A stretch of 64,000 nt of DNA from Alkalispirochaeta sp. (GTDB lineage Bacteria > Spirochaetota > Spirochaetia > DSM-27196 > Alkalispirochaetaceae): contig CBDESZ010000003.1 of NCBI GenBank assembly GCA_965242725.1, forward strand, positions 1 through 64,000, read 5' to 3'. Under the pieces are notes generated by a model, which saw only the letters and a program-made list of their open reading frames with translations, did not search any database and was not told where the DNA came from. Made by a program: the position numbers and the translations under genes. Positions within the stretch are counted from its first letter, which is position 1; every line of letters starts with the position of its first letter. Shown here one piece after another: positions 39,641 through 48,475 of this stretch.

Positions 39641-40341
39641 TCGAGGGTAAAAAAGTTCTCGGGCTCATTCCGGCCCGCGGCGGCAGTAAAGGAATTCCGC
39701 GTAAAAACGTCCGCCTACTCGGCGGTAAACCACTTATCGCGTGGACGATCAATGAAGCTGAAAAATCGAATTATATCGATCGACTAATAGTCTCCACCGA
39801 CGACACCGAAATAGCTGAAACGGCACGAAATTGGGGAGCGGAAGTCCCGTTCATGCGGCCGGCCGAGCTCGCCTCGGATACGGCCCGCGGGATTGACGTG
39901 GTACTGCATGCTATACGTGAGCTGCCTCGATATGACGTCGTTGTGCTCCTTCAGCCGACATCCCCATTCCGTACGGTCGAGGATATCGACGGTGCTATTC
40001 AACTTTGGACAAAAACCGGCGACTCCGTCGTCGGAGTAACGGAGTCGTCAATGTCGCCCTACTGGATGTATTCTCTGGGGGGTAACGGGCAGCTCACGGA
40101 ACTGTTCCCAAAACCACCATCCGCCAATCGACAAGACTTACCTTCAGCATACGTGCTCAACGGCGCGATTTACACCGCATCCGCCGACAATGTCCGTAAG
40201 TATGAGAGTTTCTTACGCCCCGTCGCCCGCGCCTATGTTATGCCGGTTGACCGTTCCGTCGATCTGGATAGTCCTTTCGATTGGGAATATGCCGAGTATC
40301 TGGTATCCAGAAAGCATTTATTACGAATAAATATCCAATAA
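39637..40341 (+). CDS. CMP-legionaminate (acylneuraminate) cytidylyltransferase
   Basis: IPARGGSKGIPRKN, VSTDD, PFMRP.ELA.D, LQPTSP.R, RQ.L, NGAIY, S.D.D...D. Confidence 0.9.
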   Translation: MIEGKKVLGLIPARGGSKGIPRKNVRLLGGKPLIAWTINEAEKSNYIDRLIVSTDDTEIAETARNWGAEVPFMRPAELASDTARGIDVVLHAIRELPRYDVVVLLQPTSPFRTVEDIDGAIQLWTKTGDSVVGVTESSMSPYWMYSLGGNGQLTELFPKPPSANRQDLPSAYVLNGAIYTASADNVRKYESFLRPVARAYVMPVDRSVDLDSPFDWEYAEYLVSRKHLLRINIQ

Positions 40342-40355
40342 ATTTTCCGTCCCCC

Positions 40356-40618
40356 TTGAAGTATCTCACTACTGCGCTATACTTCTCAGCAACAGCACGA
40401 AAAGTGTTCACAAAATGAACACCCGCCTGCCAAGGATTGGAGCCGTGTGCCCGTCGGGCGCCGCCAAGCTCCCCTGTTGATTGAGTTCCGGCCGACATCA
40501 TGGGGCCTTCGCAGGTTTCCCGGCAGCGGTCCCGCGCCCCGCGCATGACTAGATTGCCACTACCCCCGCTGCGCCCGCGGTACTCCTAATCGCGACGCGA
40601 TCGCGCATCACATACGAC
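40356..40618 (+). promoter_or_regulatory. Promoter, operator palindrome and conserved leader (copy 2)
   Basis: TTGAAG-N16-TATACT (40356-40383); GTGTTCA-caaaa-TGAACAC (40404-40422); 41/42-nt identical core at 40485-40526 versus 28983-29024. Confidence 0.72.
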
Positions 40619-41457
40619 ATGTTCTACGCCACAGACCCCACCGACATAGAAAACACCACTCGCCCACAGATCCAGGAACGGGAACTGGAAGTCCTCGCCC
40701 ACGTGCACCAGGTGCAGAACGGCTCCAACGGCGACGAGTCGCCCGCGAACCCGCCGACCGTGCCACAGACCGTCACCCCACCTGCGGCAAACGTCTCCAG
40801 CGCGCCATAGCCAACGCCCTGGGGATGTCTTTAGGCCTCACCAACGCCATCCTCAAGCGCCTCTCGGACAAGGGCTTTCTCATGATGCGCCGCATCAACA
40901 CCCACAACGTCCACTACATGTGTCACCCCGGAAGGGATAGACCAGATCAGCCGCCGTAGCTACCGCTACCTGAGGCGAACCATCGGCCACGTCGTCCGCT
41001 ATAAGGAGCGCCTGCGGGAGTTTTGCCGCCACCAGTATGAGCAGGGCATACAGGAAATCGTCCTCGTGGGCGAGAGCGATCTTACATTTATCCTGGAGTG
41101 GTGCTGTGAGAAAGAGGGGATCGGGTTTTGGCAGGTGGATGGTTCGGGAGCGGATTCAGAAGGTATAATCGAACCCGAGGGCTCTCCGGGGCCCGGTCAG
41201 GACATTGGCACGGGCTACCCCTATCGGGGGGTGAGGCTAAACCTGGAAGTGGTAAGGGTCAACCCAAAGCTGTTAGAACTGGTCAGGAAGCAGGGGACCC
41301 GCCCGCCCACCCAGGGATCCTTAGAATCCTCTCGGAGCACGTGCTGGAAAGTGTTGATCCCGACGCGGTGTTGTTGCATGAGGTGGTGTTGGGTTTAACG
41401 AACCGATTACCACACAGCGAAGCAGCACAGGAAATTATAGGAGTACAAGGTTGTTAG
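40619..41457 (+). pseudogene. Frameshifted paralog of the MarR regulator at 29090
   Basis: MFYATDP start and near-identical HTH DNA; 1-nt deletion near 40797 gives TAG at 40808, 1-nt insertion near 40921, then an expanded, frame-changing segment at about 41130-41320 before ...DPDAVLLH. Confidence 0.85.
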
Positions 41458-42467
41458 ACGAAAAACGAATCCTCATAACGGGCGGAACCGGTTCTTTTGG
41501 TCAGAAATTTACCCGTCGCATTCTTACTGAGTTTAATCCCAAAAGGATCATTATCTACTCTCGGGATGAATATAAACAGTATGTCATGCGGGCCACGTTC
41601 GAGAACGAGTTTGGAAAGGATGTTGTAAAAGAAAAACTACGCTTCTTTATTGGTGACGTTCGCGACCGAGAACGTCTTTACCGCGCATTTGACGGGGTAG
41701 ATGTGGTTATTCACGCAGCCGCGCTCAAACACGTCACCGTTGCAGAGTATAATCCAATTGAGGCGGTGCGGACCAACATTGATGGGGCGTCCAACATCAT
41801 AGATGCCGCCATCGATCGTGGTGTTGAGCGTGTTGTAGCGCTTTCGACGGACAAGGCTGTCAATCCGGTCAATCTCTATGGGGCTACAAAGCTCGTTTCG
41901 GATAAGCTTTTCGTGTCGGGCAATGCCTACGCAGGCGGAAAGAAAACGACTTTTAGTGTTGTTCGATATGGAAATGTAACCGGAAGTCGTGGTTCCGTTG
42001 TTCCTTTCTTTGCAAAGCTCATCAAAAGAGGTGTCAAAGAACTCCCCATCACGGATCTGCGGATGACCCGATTCTGGATCACCCTCAATCAGGGAGTTGA
42101 TCTGGTCTTTCACGCCTTGGAACATGCACTGGGCGGGGAGATATTCGTGTCCAAGATCCCTTCGTACACGGTAGCCGATCTCGCACGGTCGATGGCGCCG
42201 GATGCAGATCTCAAAGAGATCGGTATCAGGGAAGGAGAAAAACTTCATGAGGTGATGATCACTCCCGAGGACTCCCGGCTGACCTACGACTACGGAGATT
42301 ATTACATTATCTATCCTCACTTTGAATGGTGGAACAAGGACTGCCATTTCACACCCGGGGGGAAGCTTGTCGCTGAGGGCTTCCGATATTCATCAGACGA
42401 GAACGCACAGTGGCTATCAGTTGAAGAGATGCGCGCGCGTCTCAAGTCTATTGAGCTGGTGTACTAA
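41451..42467 (+). CDS. pseB: UDP-GlcNAc 4,6-dehydratase (inverting)
   Basis: TGGTGSFG, YSRDE.KQ, HAAALKHV..AEYNP, LSTDKA.NP.NLYGATKL.SDK, RYGNV.GSRGSV, MTRFWITL. Confidence 0.95.
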   Translation: MLDEKRILITGGTGSFGQKFTRRILTEFNPKRIIIYSRDEYKQYVMRATFENEFGKDVVKEKLRFFIGDVRDRERLYRAFDGVDVVIHAAALKHVTVAEYNPIEAVRTNIDGASNIIDAAIDRGVERVVALSTDKAVNPVNLYGATKLVSDKLFVSGNAYAGGKKTTFSVVRYGNVTGSRGSVVPFFAKLIKRGVKELPITDLRMTRFWITLNQGVDLVFHALEHALGGEIFVSKIPSYTVADLARSMAPDADLKEIGIREGEKLHEVMITPEDSRLTYDYGDYYIIYPHFEWWNKDCHFTPGGKLVAEGFRYSSDENAQWLSVEEMRARLKSIELVY

Positions 42468-42481
42468 AGGTTAATTCGAAA

Positions 42482-43642
42482 ATGAGCGATATGCCCTTCC
42501 TTCCTTACGGAAGACAGTCTATTGACAAGGATGATATCGATGCGGTGAGCCGCGTTCTGCAATCTGATTATTTGACAACAGGACCCGAGATTACAGCATT
42601 CGAGGACGAACTGTGTGCTTACACGGGGGCGAAGTATGCGGTAGCCGTGGCGAATGGTACGGCGGCACTCCATTTGGCAGTTCTGGCTTTGGAGTTGCCG
42701 GAAGGTTCAACGGGGATCACTTCTCCAAACACCTTTGTCGCCACAAGTAACGCACTGATCTACGCAGGACATACGCCAGCTTTCGTCGATATCGACCCGA
42801 GAAGTTATGCAATGAGCCATGAGGCGCTTGCCGAAGCAATGAAGCGAGATAAGGCCGAAGTTGTGCTACCTGTACACTTTGCTGGTCACACCGCCGGTGT
42901 GGAGATGATCTCTCGTATTGCCCGCAAATACGGGGCAAATGTGATCGAAGACGCAGCACATTCAATTGGTGGCCGCTATCTAGACGGTTCGCGAGTTGGA
43001 TCGTGTAGCCACTCGGACATGACGACATTTTCTTTTCACCCGGTAAAGACGATGACCACCGGAGAAGGTGGAGCGATAACAACGAACGACGTGGGCTTAT
43101 ACCGTCGGCTCATGACGTTGCGTACACACGGGATAACCCGGGATACGGAACAACTCACACAGAATCCCGGACCGTGGTATTACGAGATGCAGATGCTAGG
43201 ATTCAATTACCGTATGACCGATATGCAAGCAACGTTGGGACGAAGCCAACTCAAGAAGCTTGATCGGTTCGCCTCGCGGCGGCGTGATCTGGTTGCTCGT
43301 TACAACGACGCATTTAGCGATGTTCCTTGGCTGATGACCCCCTGGGAAGAACCGGGCCGCGAAACGGCTTGGCATCTCTATGTGTTGCAGTTTGACTGGA
43401 ATGAAATCGGTATTGATCGTCCTACGGCCATGGAACGACTGCGGGGGCAAGGAGTAGGCACACAGGTTCTCTATATCCCGGTACCGGATCAGCCTTATTA
43501 CCGGGAACATTATGCCGTAAACAGTACGGTAATACCTCATGCTCGGAGATACTACGACCATGCATTGGCGATTCCGCTTTATCCTGAATTAACGGAAAGC
43601 GATCAACAAAGAGTTGTTTCTGCCATTCGGAATCTCGTGTGA
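42482..43642 (+). CDS. pseC: UDP-4-amino-4,6-dideoxy-AltNAc transaminase
   Basis: PYGRQSID..DI, LTTGP, EDAAH, FSFHPVK..TTGEGG, HGI.R, W.YE...LGFNYR. Confidence 0.93.
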   Translation: MSDMPFLPYGRQSIDKDDIDAVSRVLQSDYLTTGPEITAFEDELCAYTGAKYAVAVANGTAALHLAVLALELPEGSTGITSPNTFVATSNALIYAGHTPAFVDIDPRSYAMSHEALAEAMKRDKAEVVLPVHFAGHTAGVEMISRIARKYGANVIEDAAHSIGGRYLDGSRVGSCSHSDMTTFSFHPVKTMTTGEGGAITTNDVGLYRRLMTLRTHGITRDTEQLTQNPGPWYYEMQMLGFNYRMTDMQATLGRSQLKKLDRFASRRRDLVARYNDAFSDVPWLMTPWEEPGRETAWHLYVLQFDWNEIGIDRPTAMERLRGQGVGTQVLYIPVPDQPYYREHYAVNSTVIPHARRYYDHALAIPLYPELTESDQQRVVSAIRNLV

Positions 43643-44337
43643 AAAATCTTTGTGTGATCCCCGCTCGCGGTGGTAGTAAACGAATCCCTCGGAAAAACAT
43701 CCGGAAATTTGCGGGAAAGCCGATTATCGCGTGGTCAATCGAGGTAGCCCAGAGGGCTGGCTGTTTCCAACGTATCATTGTATCGACGGACGATAAAGAA
43801 ATAGCAGATATTGCGGAAATACATGGAGCAGAAGTTCCCTTTCTTCGTCCCGAGGAATTATCCGACGATATGACGGGGACCATTCCTGTCGTTGCCCACG
43901 CTGTAGAAGAAATGACTAAACTAGACGGCGCGTACGAAGCAGCATGCTGTATCTATGCAACTGCGCCTTTCACACGGGTCGGGGATCTTCTTACCGGTGA
44001 AGAACTGATTCAAGAAGGATGGTCTTACGCTTTCGCCGCTACTGAGTTTTCAGCACCAATCTTCCGGTCATTTCGCAAGTTGCCAGCCGGTGGTGTCGAG
44101 ATGTTATTTCCTGAACACTTTCAGACACGATCCCAGGATCTGGAATCCACATATCATGATGCGGGGCAGTTTTATTGGGGTACAGTAGAGGCATGGAGAT
44201 CGAACAAAGCGCTTTTCGGTGCGAAATCGGCCGCGATTGAGATACCACGACGATTTGTCCAGGACATCGATACGGAAGAGGACTGGTATATCGCAGAGAA
44301 GATGTTTCAACTGGTGCAGCCCACGATAAAAGACTGA
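43639..44337 (+). CDS. pseF: Pseudaminic acid cytidylyltransferase
   Basis: IPARGGSKRIPRKNI, CIYATAP, RSQDL...YHDAGQFYWG, QDIDT.EDW. Confidence 0.93.
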   Translation: MKNLCVIPARGGSKRIPRKNIRKFAGKPIIAWSIEVAQRAGCFQRIIVSTDDKEIADIAEIHGAEVPFLRPEELSDDMTGTIPVVAHAVEEMTKLDGAYEAACCIYATAPFTRVGDLLTGEELIQEGWSYAFAATEFSAPIFRSFRKLPAGGVEMLFPEHFQTRSQDLESTYHDAGQFYWGTVEAWRSNKALFGAKSAAIEIPRRFVQDIDTEEDWYIAEKMFQLVQPTIKD

Positions 44338-45326
44338 TGCACGCTACGTTCCTTACGGTCGCTGATCCGCATATTGGTCTCGGCCACCTCTACCGTTGCG
44401 ACGCTCTTGCAACAGCTCTTAATGATCGAGACATAGAGACAACACTGGTTGTTGATTGCCGCAGTGGAAGAGATTGGCTCAATTCCCGTGCGCCGGAAAC
44501 GCGATGGATCGTTGCCCACTGGATGGAAGGTGCGACAACAACCGATGCGGTAATATCAAACGCCAGTCAGGTGATCGTTGATGCGTACGGCATTACGCAG
44601 AATGTTCGCCTGGCGATAGACGATTCCGTTGAATTTCCGATCTATTTTGATGATTACGGCACAAATGTCCCCAAGTCGGGTATTGTGATCAACGGTAGTC
44701 CTGGCGCTCAATTGGTCGGGTATCCTAAGCGCCCCGGCCTCAAACTGTTGTTGGGTACTGATTACCAATTGCTCCGCAAACCTTTTTGGGACCCCACAAA
44801 TCGAACGATACGAACGGATATCGAGTCTGTCGGTGTATTGCTCGGCGGAACCGATCCCCGTGGTATTACCGAGAAAGTACTGGAAATTGTACGGGACGCC
44901 ACTCCTAAGAATGCGCGTGTTTATGCAATTGGAGTTGATTCATATACTGTTAGTCACACGGATATCCATGGGACTGGCCGTCTGACGGCAAGAGGAATGA
45001 AAAACCTTTTCGATCAGCTTGATCTGCTTGTAACGGCGGCAGGACAAACCGTCGCGGAGGCAGTGTCATGTCGACTTCCGACGGTGATGATTCAGACGGC
45101 AAATAATCAGAGATATAATGTTTTAGGATGGACTAAGGAGCATACGGCAACTTTTGCGGGAACAGATGCCGAGATAAAAAGCTCTTCACGATTATCGGAT
45201 ACTGTGATTTCCCTTCGAAGTTTTTCCAGACGAAAGAAATTGTTAGACCAAATGAAGAAGCATTTCGTCACTCAAGGAGCCTGGCGGGTTGCTGACTGGA
45301 TTATTGATCAAAACGCAGATAAATAA
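44337..45326 (+). CDS. pseG: UDP-sugar hydrolase, PseG/SpsG family
   Basis: IGLGHLYRC..LA, VDAY, DD, G..Y..LR..F, GGTDP, A.G.T..E, ANNQ. Confidence 0.82.
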   Translation: MHATFLTVADPHIGLGHLYRCDALATALNDRDIETTLVVDCRSGRDWLNSRAPETRWIVAHWMEGATTTDAVISNASQVIVDAYGITQNVRLAIDDSVEFPIYFDDYGTNVPKSGIVINGSPGAQLVGYPKRPGLKLLLGTDYQLLRKPFWDPTNRTIRTDIESVGVLLGGTDPRGITEKVLEIVRDATPKNARVYAIGVDSYTVSHTDIHGTGRLTARGMKNLFDQLDLLVTAAGQTVAEAVSCRLPTVMIQTANNQRYNVLGWTKEHTATFAGTDAEIKSSSRLSDTVISLRSFSRRKKLLDQMKKHFVTQGAWRVADWIIDQNADK

Positions 45327-45358
45327 GTGAAAAGAGCGGGGGTAGACACCTGAAAATC

Positions 45359-46192
45359 GTGTTGTTTGGACATGGCGAACTGGCAGTATCGGTGTTCACA
45401 AAACTGAATAGTGAAGGTATTTCAGTCCTATCTGTAGTCGACTCTGAAGGAGAAAACGGTCAACTTTTGTCTTATTCAAGAGAATGTAATATACCGGTAA
45501 CGTCGGTACATCCCAGAAAAGACGAAGAGCGTCTATTCGCTTTTCTTAAAGAATCTGCTGCAACCGCAACGGTATTGCTGAGCGTCAATTTCCGTTACAT
45601 TGTGGGGAAATCTATTCTGAACCGGTTTAGGTGGCCACTGAATATACACGGATCGCTTCTGCCGAAATATCGCGGAAGAACACCCCACGTCTGGGCGATA
45701 ATCAATGGCGAGACGGAAACGGGTGCAACACTTCACGTCATGGACGAAGGGGTAGACACCGGGCCGATTGTCGCTCAGAAGAGTATAACAATCGGACCTT
45801 ATGATACCGGTGCGACTATCCTTGAGCGGTTTAATAAATTGTATCCAGAACTAGTGGTCGAAGGGCTTCAGCGTATTATGAACGGTGGGCATCTCATCGA
45901 ACAGAATGACGCGAACGCGACCTTTTTTGGTCGTCGAACTCCTGAAATGGGATTAGTGGATTTTCGAATGCCGTACGAGAAACTTCATAATTTCGTTCGT
46001 GCGATTGCACCGCCGTATCCGGGCGCATATTGTTATTTGACAGACGGAAAGCGAATTGTTGTCGAGAAAATCACGCTCCGTAACGATCTTGCTATGCTAG
46101 GACTGCCAAAATACTCGCCAAGGGTGGTTGCAGATATGATTTTGGTTCGTAATGACGATGGTGTCATCCAACTTCACGAGGCTAAGGGGTAG
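45359..46192 (+). CDS. Sugar N-formyltransferase (FMT/ArnA-N family)
   Basis: LNIHGSLLPKYRG..P..WAI.NGE..TG.TLH.M...VD.G, RA...PYPGA; possible CTG start at 45350 (MKIVLFG). Confidence 0.9.
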   Translation: MLFGHGELAVSVFTKLNSEGISVLSVVDSEGENGQLLSYSRECNIPVTSVHPRKDEERLFAFLKESAATATVLLSVNFRYIVGKSILNRFRWPLNIHGSLLPKYRGRTPHVWAIINGETETGATLHVMDEGVDTGPIVAQKSITIGPYDTGATILERFNKLYPELVVEGLQRIMNGGHLIEQNDANATFFGRRTPEMGLVDFRMPYEKLHNFVRAIAPPYPGAYCYLTDGKRIVVEKITLRNDLAMLGLPKYSPRVVADMILVRNDDGVIQLHEAKG

Positions 46193-46196
46193 TTTT

Positions 46197-47207
46197 ATGG
46201 GAGTTTTCATAGTCGCTGAGTTGTCAGCAAATCACCGTCATCAAATCGAGACGGCACGATCAACAATCAAAGCAATAGCGGAAACGGGAGCCGACGCGGT
46301 CAAACTGCAAACCTATACCGCTGATACCATAACTATAGATCACGATGGTCCGGAATTTCTGGTCGCTACCAAAGGTACAATTTGGGAAGGACGTACACTC
46401 TACGATCTGTACCAAGAGGCGTATACACCATGGGAATGGCATGCAGAATTGAAAGAACTTGCCGAGTCGCTGGGTCTCACCTTCTTTTCGAGTCCCTTTG
46501 ATCCGACGGCTGTCGATTTTCTTGAAGACCTCGACGTCCCGATGTACAAGATTGCTTCGTTCGAAATTACCGATATTCCGCTAATCGAGTACACTGCTTC
46601 CAAAGGTAAACCGATGATTATTTCTACCGGTATCGCTGATGCAGGAGACATACAGCTTGCGGTGGATGCGTGCCGCAAGATGGGAAACAACGACATCACA
46701 CTGCTCCAGTGCACCTCAAGCTATCCGGCACCGGTTGAACTTGCCAACCTGCGTATGATCCCTAATTTAGCGGAAACGTTCGGTGCGAAGTCGGGACTGT
46801 CAGATCACACGCTTGGTTCAACCATTGCTGTCGCTGGTACGGCATTGGGCGCCTCGATGGTTGAGAAGCATTTCATCTTGGATAGAAATCTCGGAGGACC
46901 TGACGCAATGTTTTCGATGGAACCAAATGAATTTAAGAATATGGTGGATGAGATCCGTGTTGTTGAGAAAGCATTGGGCAAGGTAGATTACAGTCTCACG
47001 TCCAATAAAAAGACAAGTCGAAAGTTCGCTCGTAGCCTGTATGTGGTACAAGATGTTCCCTCTGGATTAAAACTCACACACGAGAATGTGAGGTCAATTC
47101 GCCCCTCTAATGGAATACATCCGAAGTATTTGTCGGACGTTTTAGGAAGACGGGCCACACGGGATCTGAAAAAAGGTGGGCCGTTAAAGTGGAAGACAAT
47201 TGATTGA
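46197..47207 (+). CDS. pseI: Pseudaminic acid synthase
   Basis: IVAELSANH, KLQTYTADTIT, LY.LY..A.TPWEWH, KIASFE, CTSSYP, SDHT, EKHF, GPD..FS. Confidence 0.95.
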   Translation: MGVFIVAELSANHRHQIETARSTIKAIAETGADAVKLQTYTADTITIDHDGPEFLVATKGTIWEGRTLYDLYQEAYTPWEWHAELKELAESLGLTFFSSPFDPTAVDFLEDLDVPMYKIASFEITDIPLIEYTASKGKPMIISTGIADAGDIQLAVDACRKMGNNDITLLQCTSSYPAPVELANLRMIPNLAETFGAKSGLSDHTLGSTIAVAGTALGASMVEKHFILDRNLGGPDAMFSMEPNEFKNMVDEIRVVEKALGKVDYSLTSNKKTSRKFARSLYVVQDVPSGLKLTHENVRSIRPSNGIHPKYLSDVLGRRATRDLKKGGPLKWKTID

Positions 47208-47387
47208 TCATTTCTTGCACTGGGTGGATTTAACTAAATGGTATTATTGTGACTCTTCCGGAACCTTGTTCAGGCCGCTGGGTAGCTTTTTGAAGCAATT
47301 CGATTAGTTGGGGACTAACTCGTTGGGACAGATGTCTTTTTTGGCGAGATTAGACTCACCCCATATGGCGTTGATTAATACCATGTC

Positions 47388-48078
47388 TCAAGGACCATCC
47401 TCTACATACAGGGTGACGCGTATCAGGCGCATGAACAACTGGTAAAGGAGGAACCCGGCATTACGCGGATTGGGTGCTTCGCCCATTCCCGAAGGAAGTT
47501 TCACGAGGCTGCGAAGGGGAGTAAGAAAACCGACGCTGCCCATGAGGGGATGAAGTCCATCGGCCAGATCTACCGTATTGAGACGGAGTTGCGTGCATCG
47601 GGTCTCTCGGACGGTGAGTTCTCCTAAAAGCGCCTTGAGCCGGCAGAACCGATCATGGAGAAGTTTCATCAATGGCTGACCAAAAAGCAGTAAGCCGTGG
47701 TTCCTTCAAGTCTACTGGGAAAGGCAGTGAGCTATACGCTCGACGAATGGCCGGCGTTTGTTCGTTACCTCGATCACCCGGCACTCACCCCGGACAATAA
47801 TGCCGCATAGAACGCGATCCGCCCATTTGTTCTGGGCCGGAAGAACTGGTTGTTCTCCGGAAGCCGGAACGGTGCTACCGCCTCATGTGCGATTTAATCA
47901 TTGATCGAGGCCGCGAAACAGAACGGCCTGAACCCGTTTGCGTATCTGAACTATGTCCTTGATCGGGCTCCACGGATAACTGCTGATTCCGAATGGGATG
48001 ATCTACTTCCCGGCAATCTCACCGAAGATATGATCTCGGGTACCTATCCCATACCAGGGCGGTTAATTTGACGGATAC
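47388..48078 (+). mobile_element. IS66-family remnant (3' half of tnpC pseudogene plus right end)
   Basis: YIQGDAY..GCFAHSRRKF...DNNAA*NAIRPFVLGRKNWLF; in-frame stops at 47625, 47691, 47808, 47895; end GGTTAATTTGACGGATAC resembles an IS66 TIR. Confidence 0.88.
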
Positions 48079-48367
48079 GAATGGGCTGAACGGAACGACG
48101 TTCGGTTGGAGTTCATTCGACCCGGAAAGCCGACTCAGAACTCCTATGTAGAACGATTCAACCGGACCTATCGGGAGAAAGTACTCGATGCGGTTTTTTT
48201 TTCTTAACGTTGGATGAGGTTCGATCACTGACATGCGATTGGATCTCTCAGTACAATGGGGAGCGTCCCCATCGAGCGCTCGGTAGAGTAACCCCGCTGG
48301 ACTACCGAGGTGCTCATACTGGATCGATCACGAAGTTATTGGCTGCACAAACAGCGGGATGATTACA
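48079..48367 (+). mobile_element. IS3-family remnant (integrase C-terminus plus probable right end)
   Basis: EWAERNDVRLEFIRPGKPTQNSYVERFNRTYR, frameshift in a T-run, YNGERPHRALG..TP; ends ...GATTACA. Confidence 0.82.
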
Positions 48368-48475
48368 GTACTGGCCGACGAAAAATGAAAAATCGTAGTG
48401 AAAATGACATTGTAAACGGTGTAATAAGTATAGAATTCGCTTGCGGTTGATCTTTCATAAGTATAGGAGGCAAAG

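Noticed and set aside
45359..46192. Housekeeping methionyl-tRNA formyltransferase (fmt)
   Set aside because: It sits inside the pse operon, is shorter, and has no def neighbour; a sugar formyltransferase is more likely.
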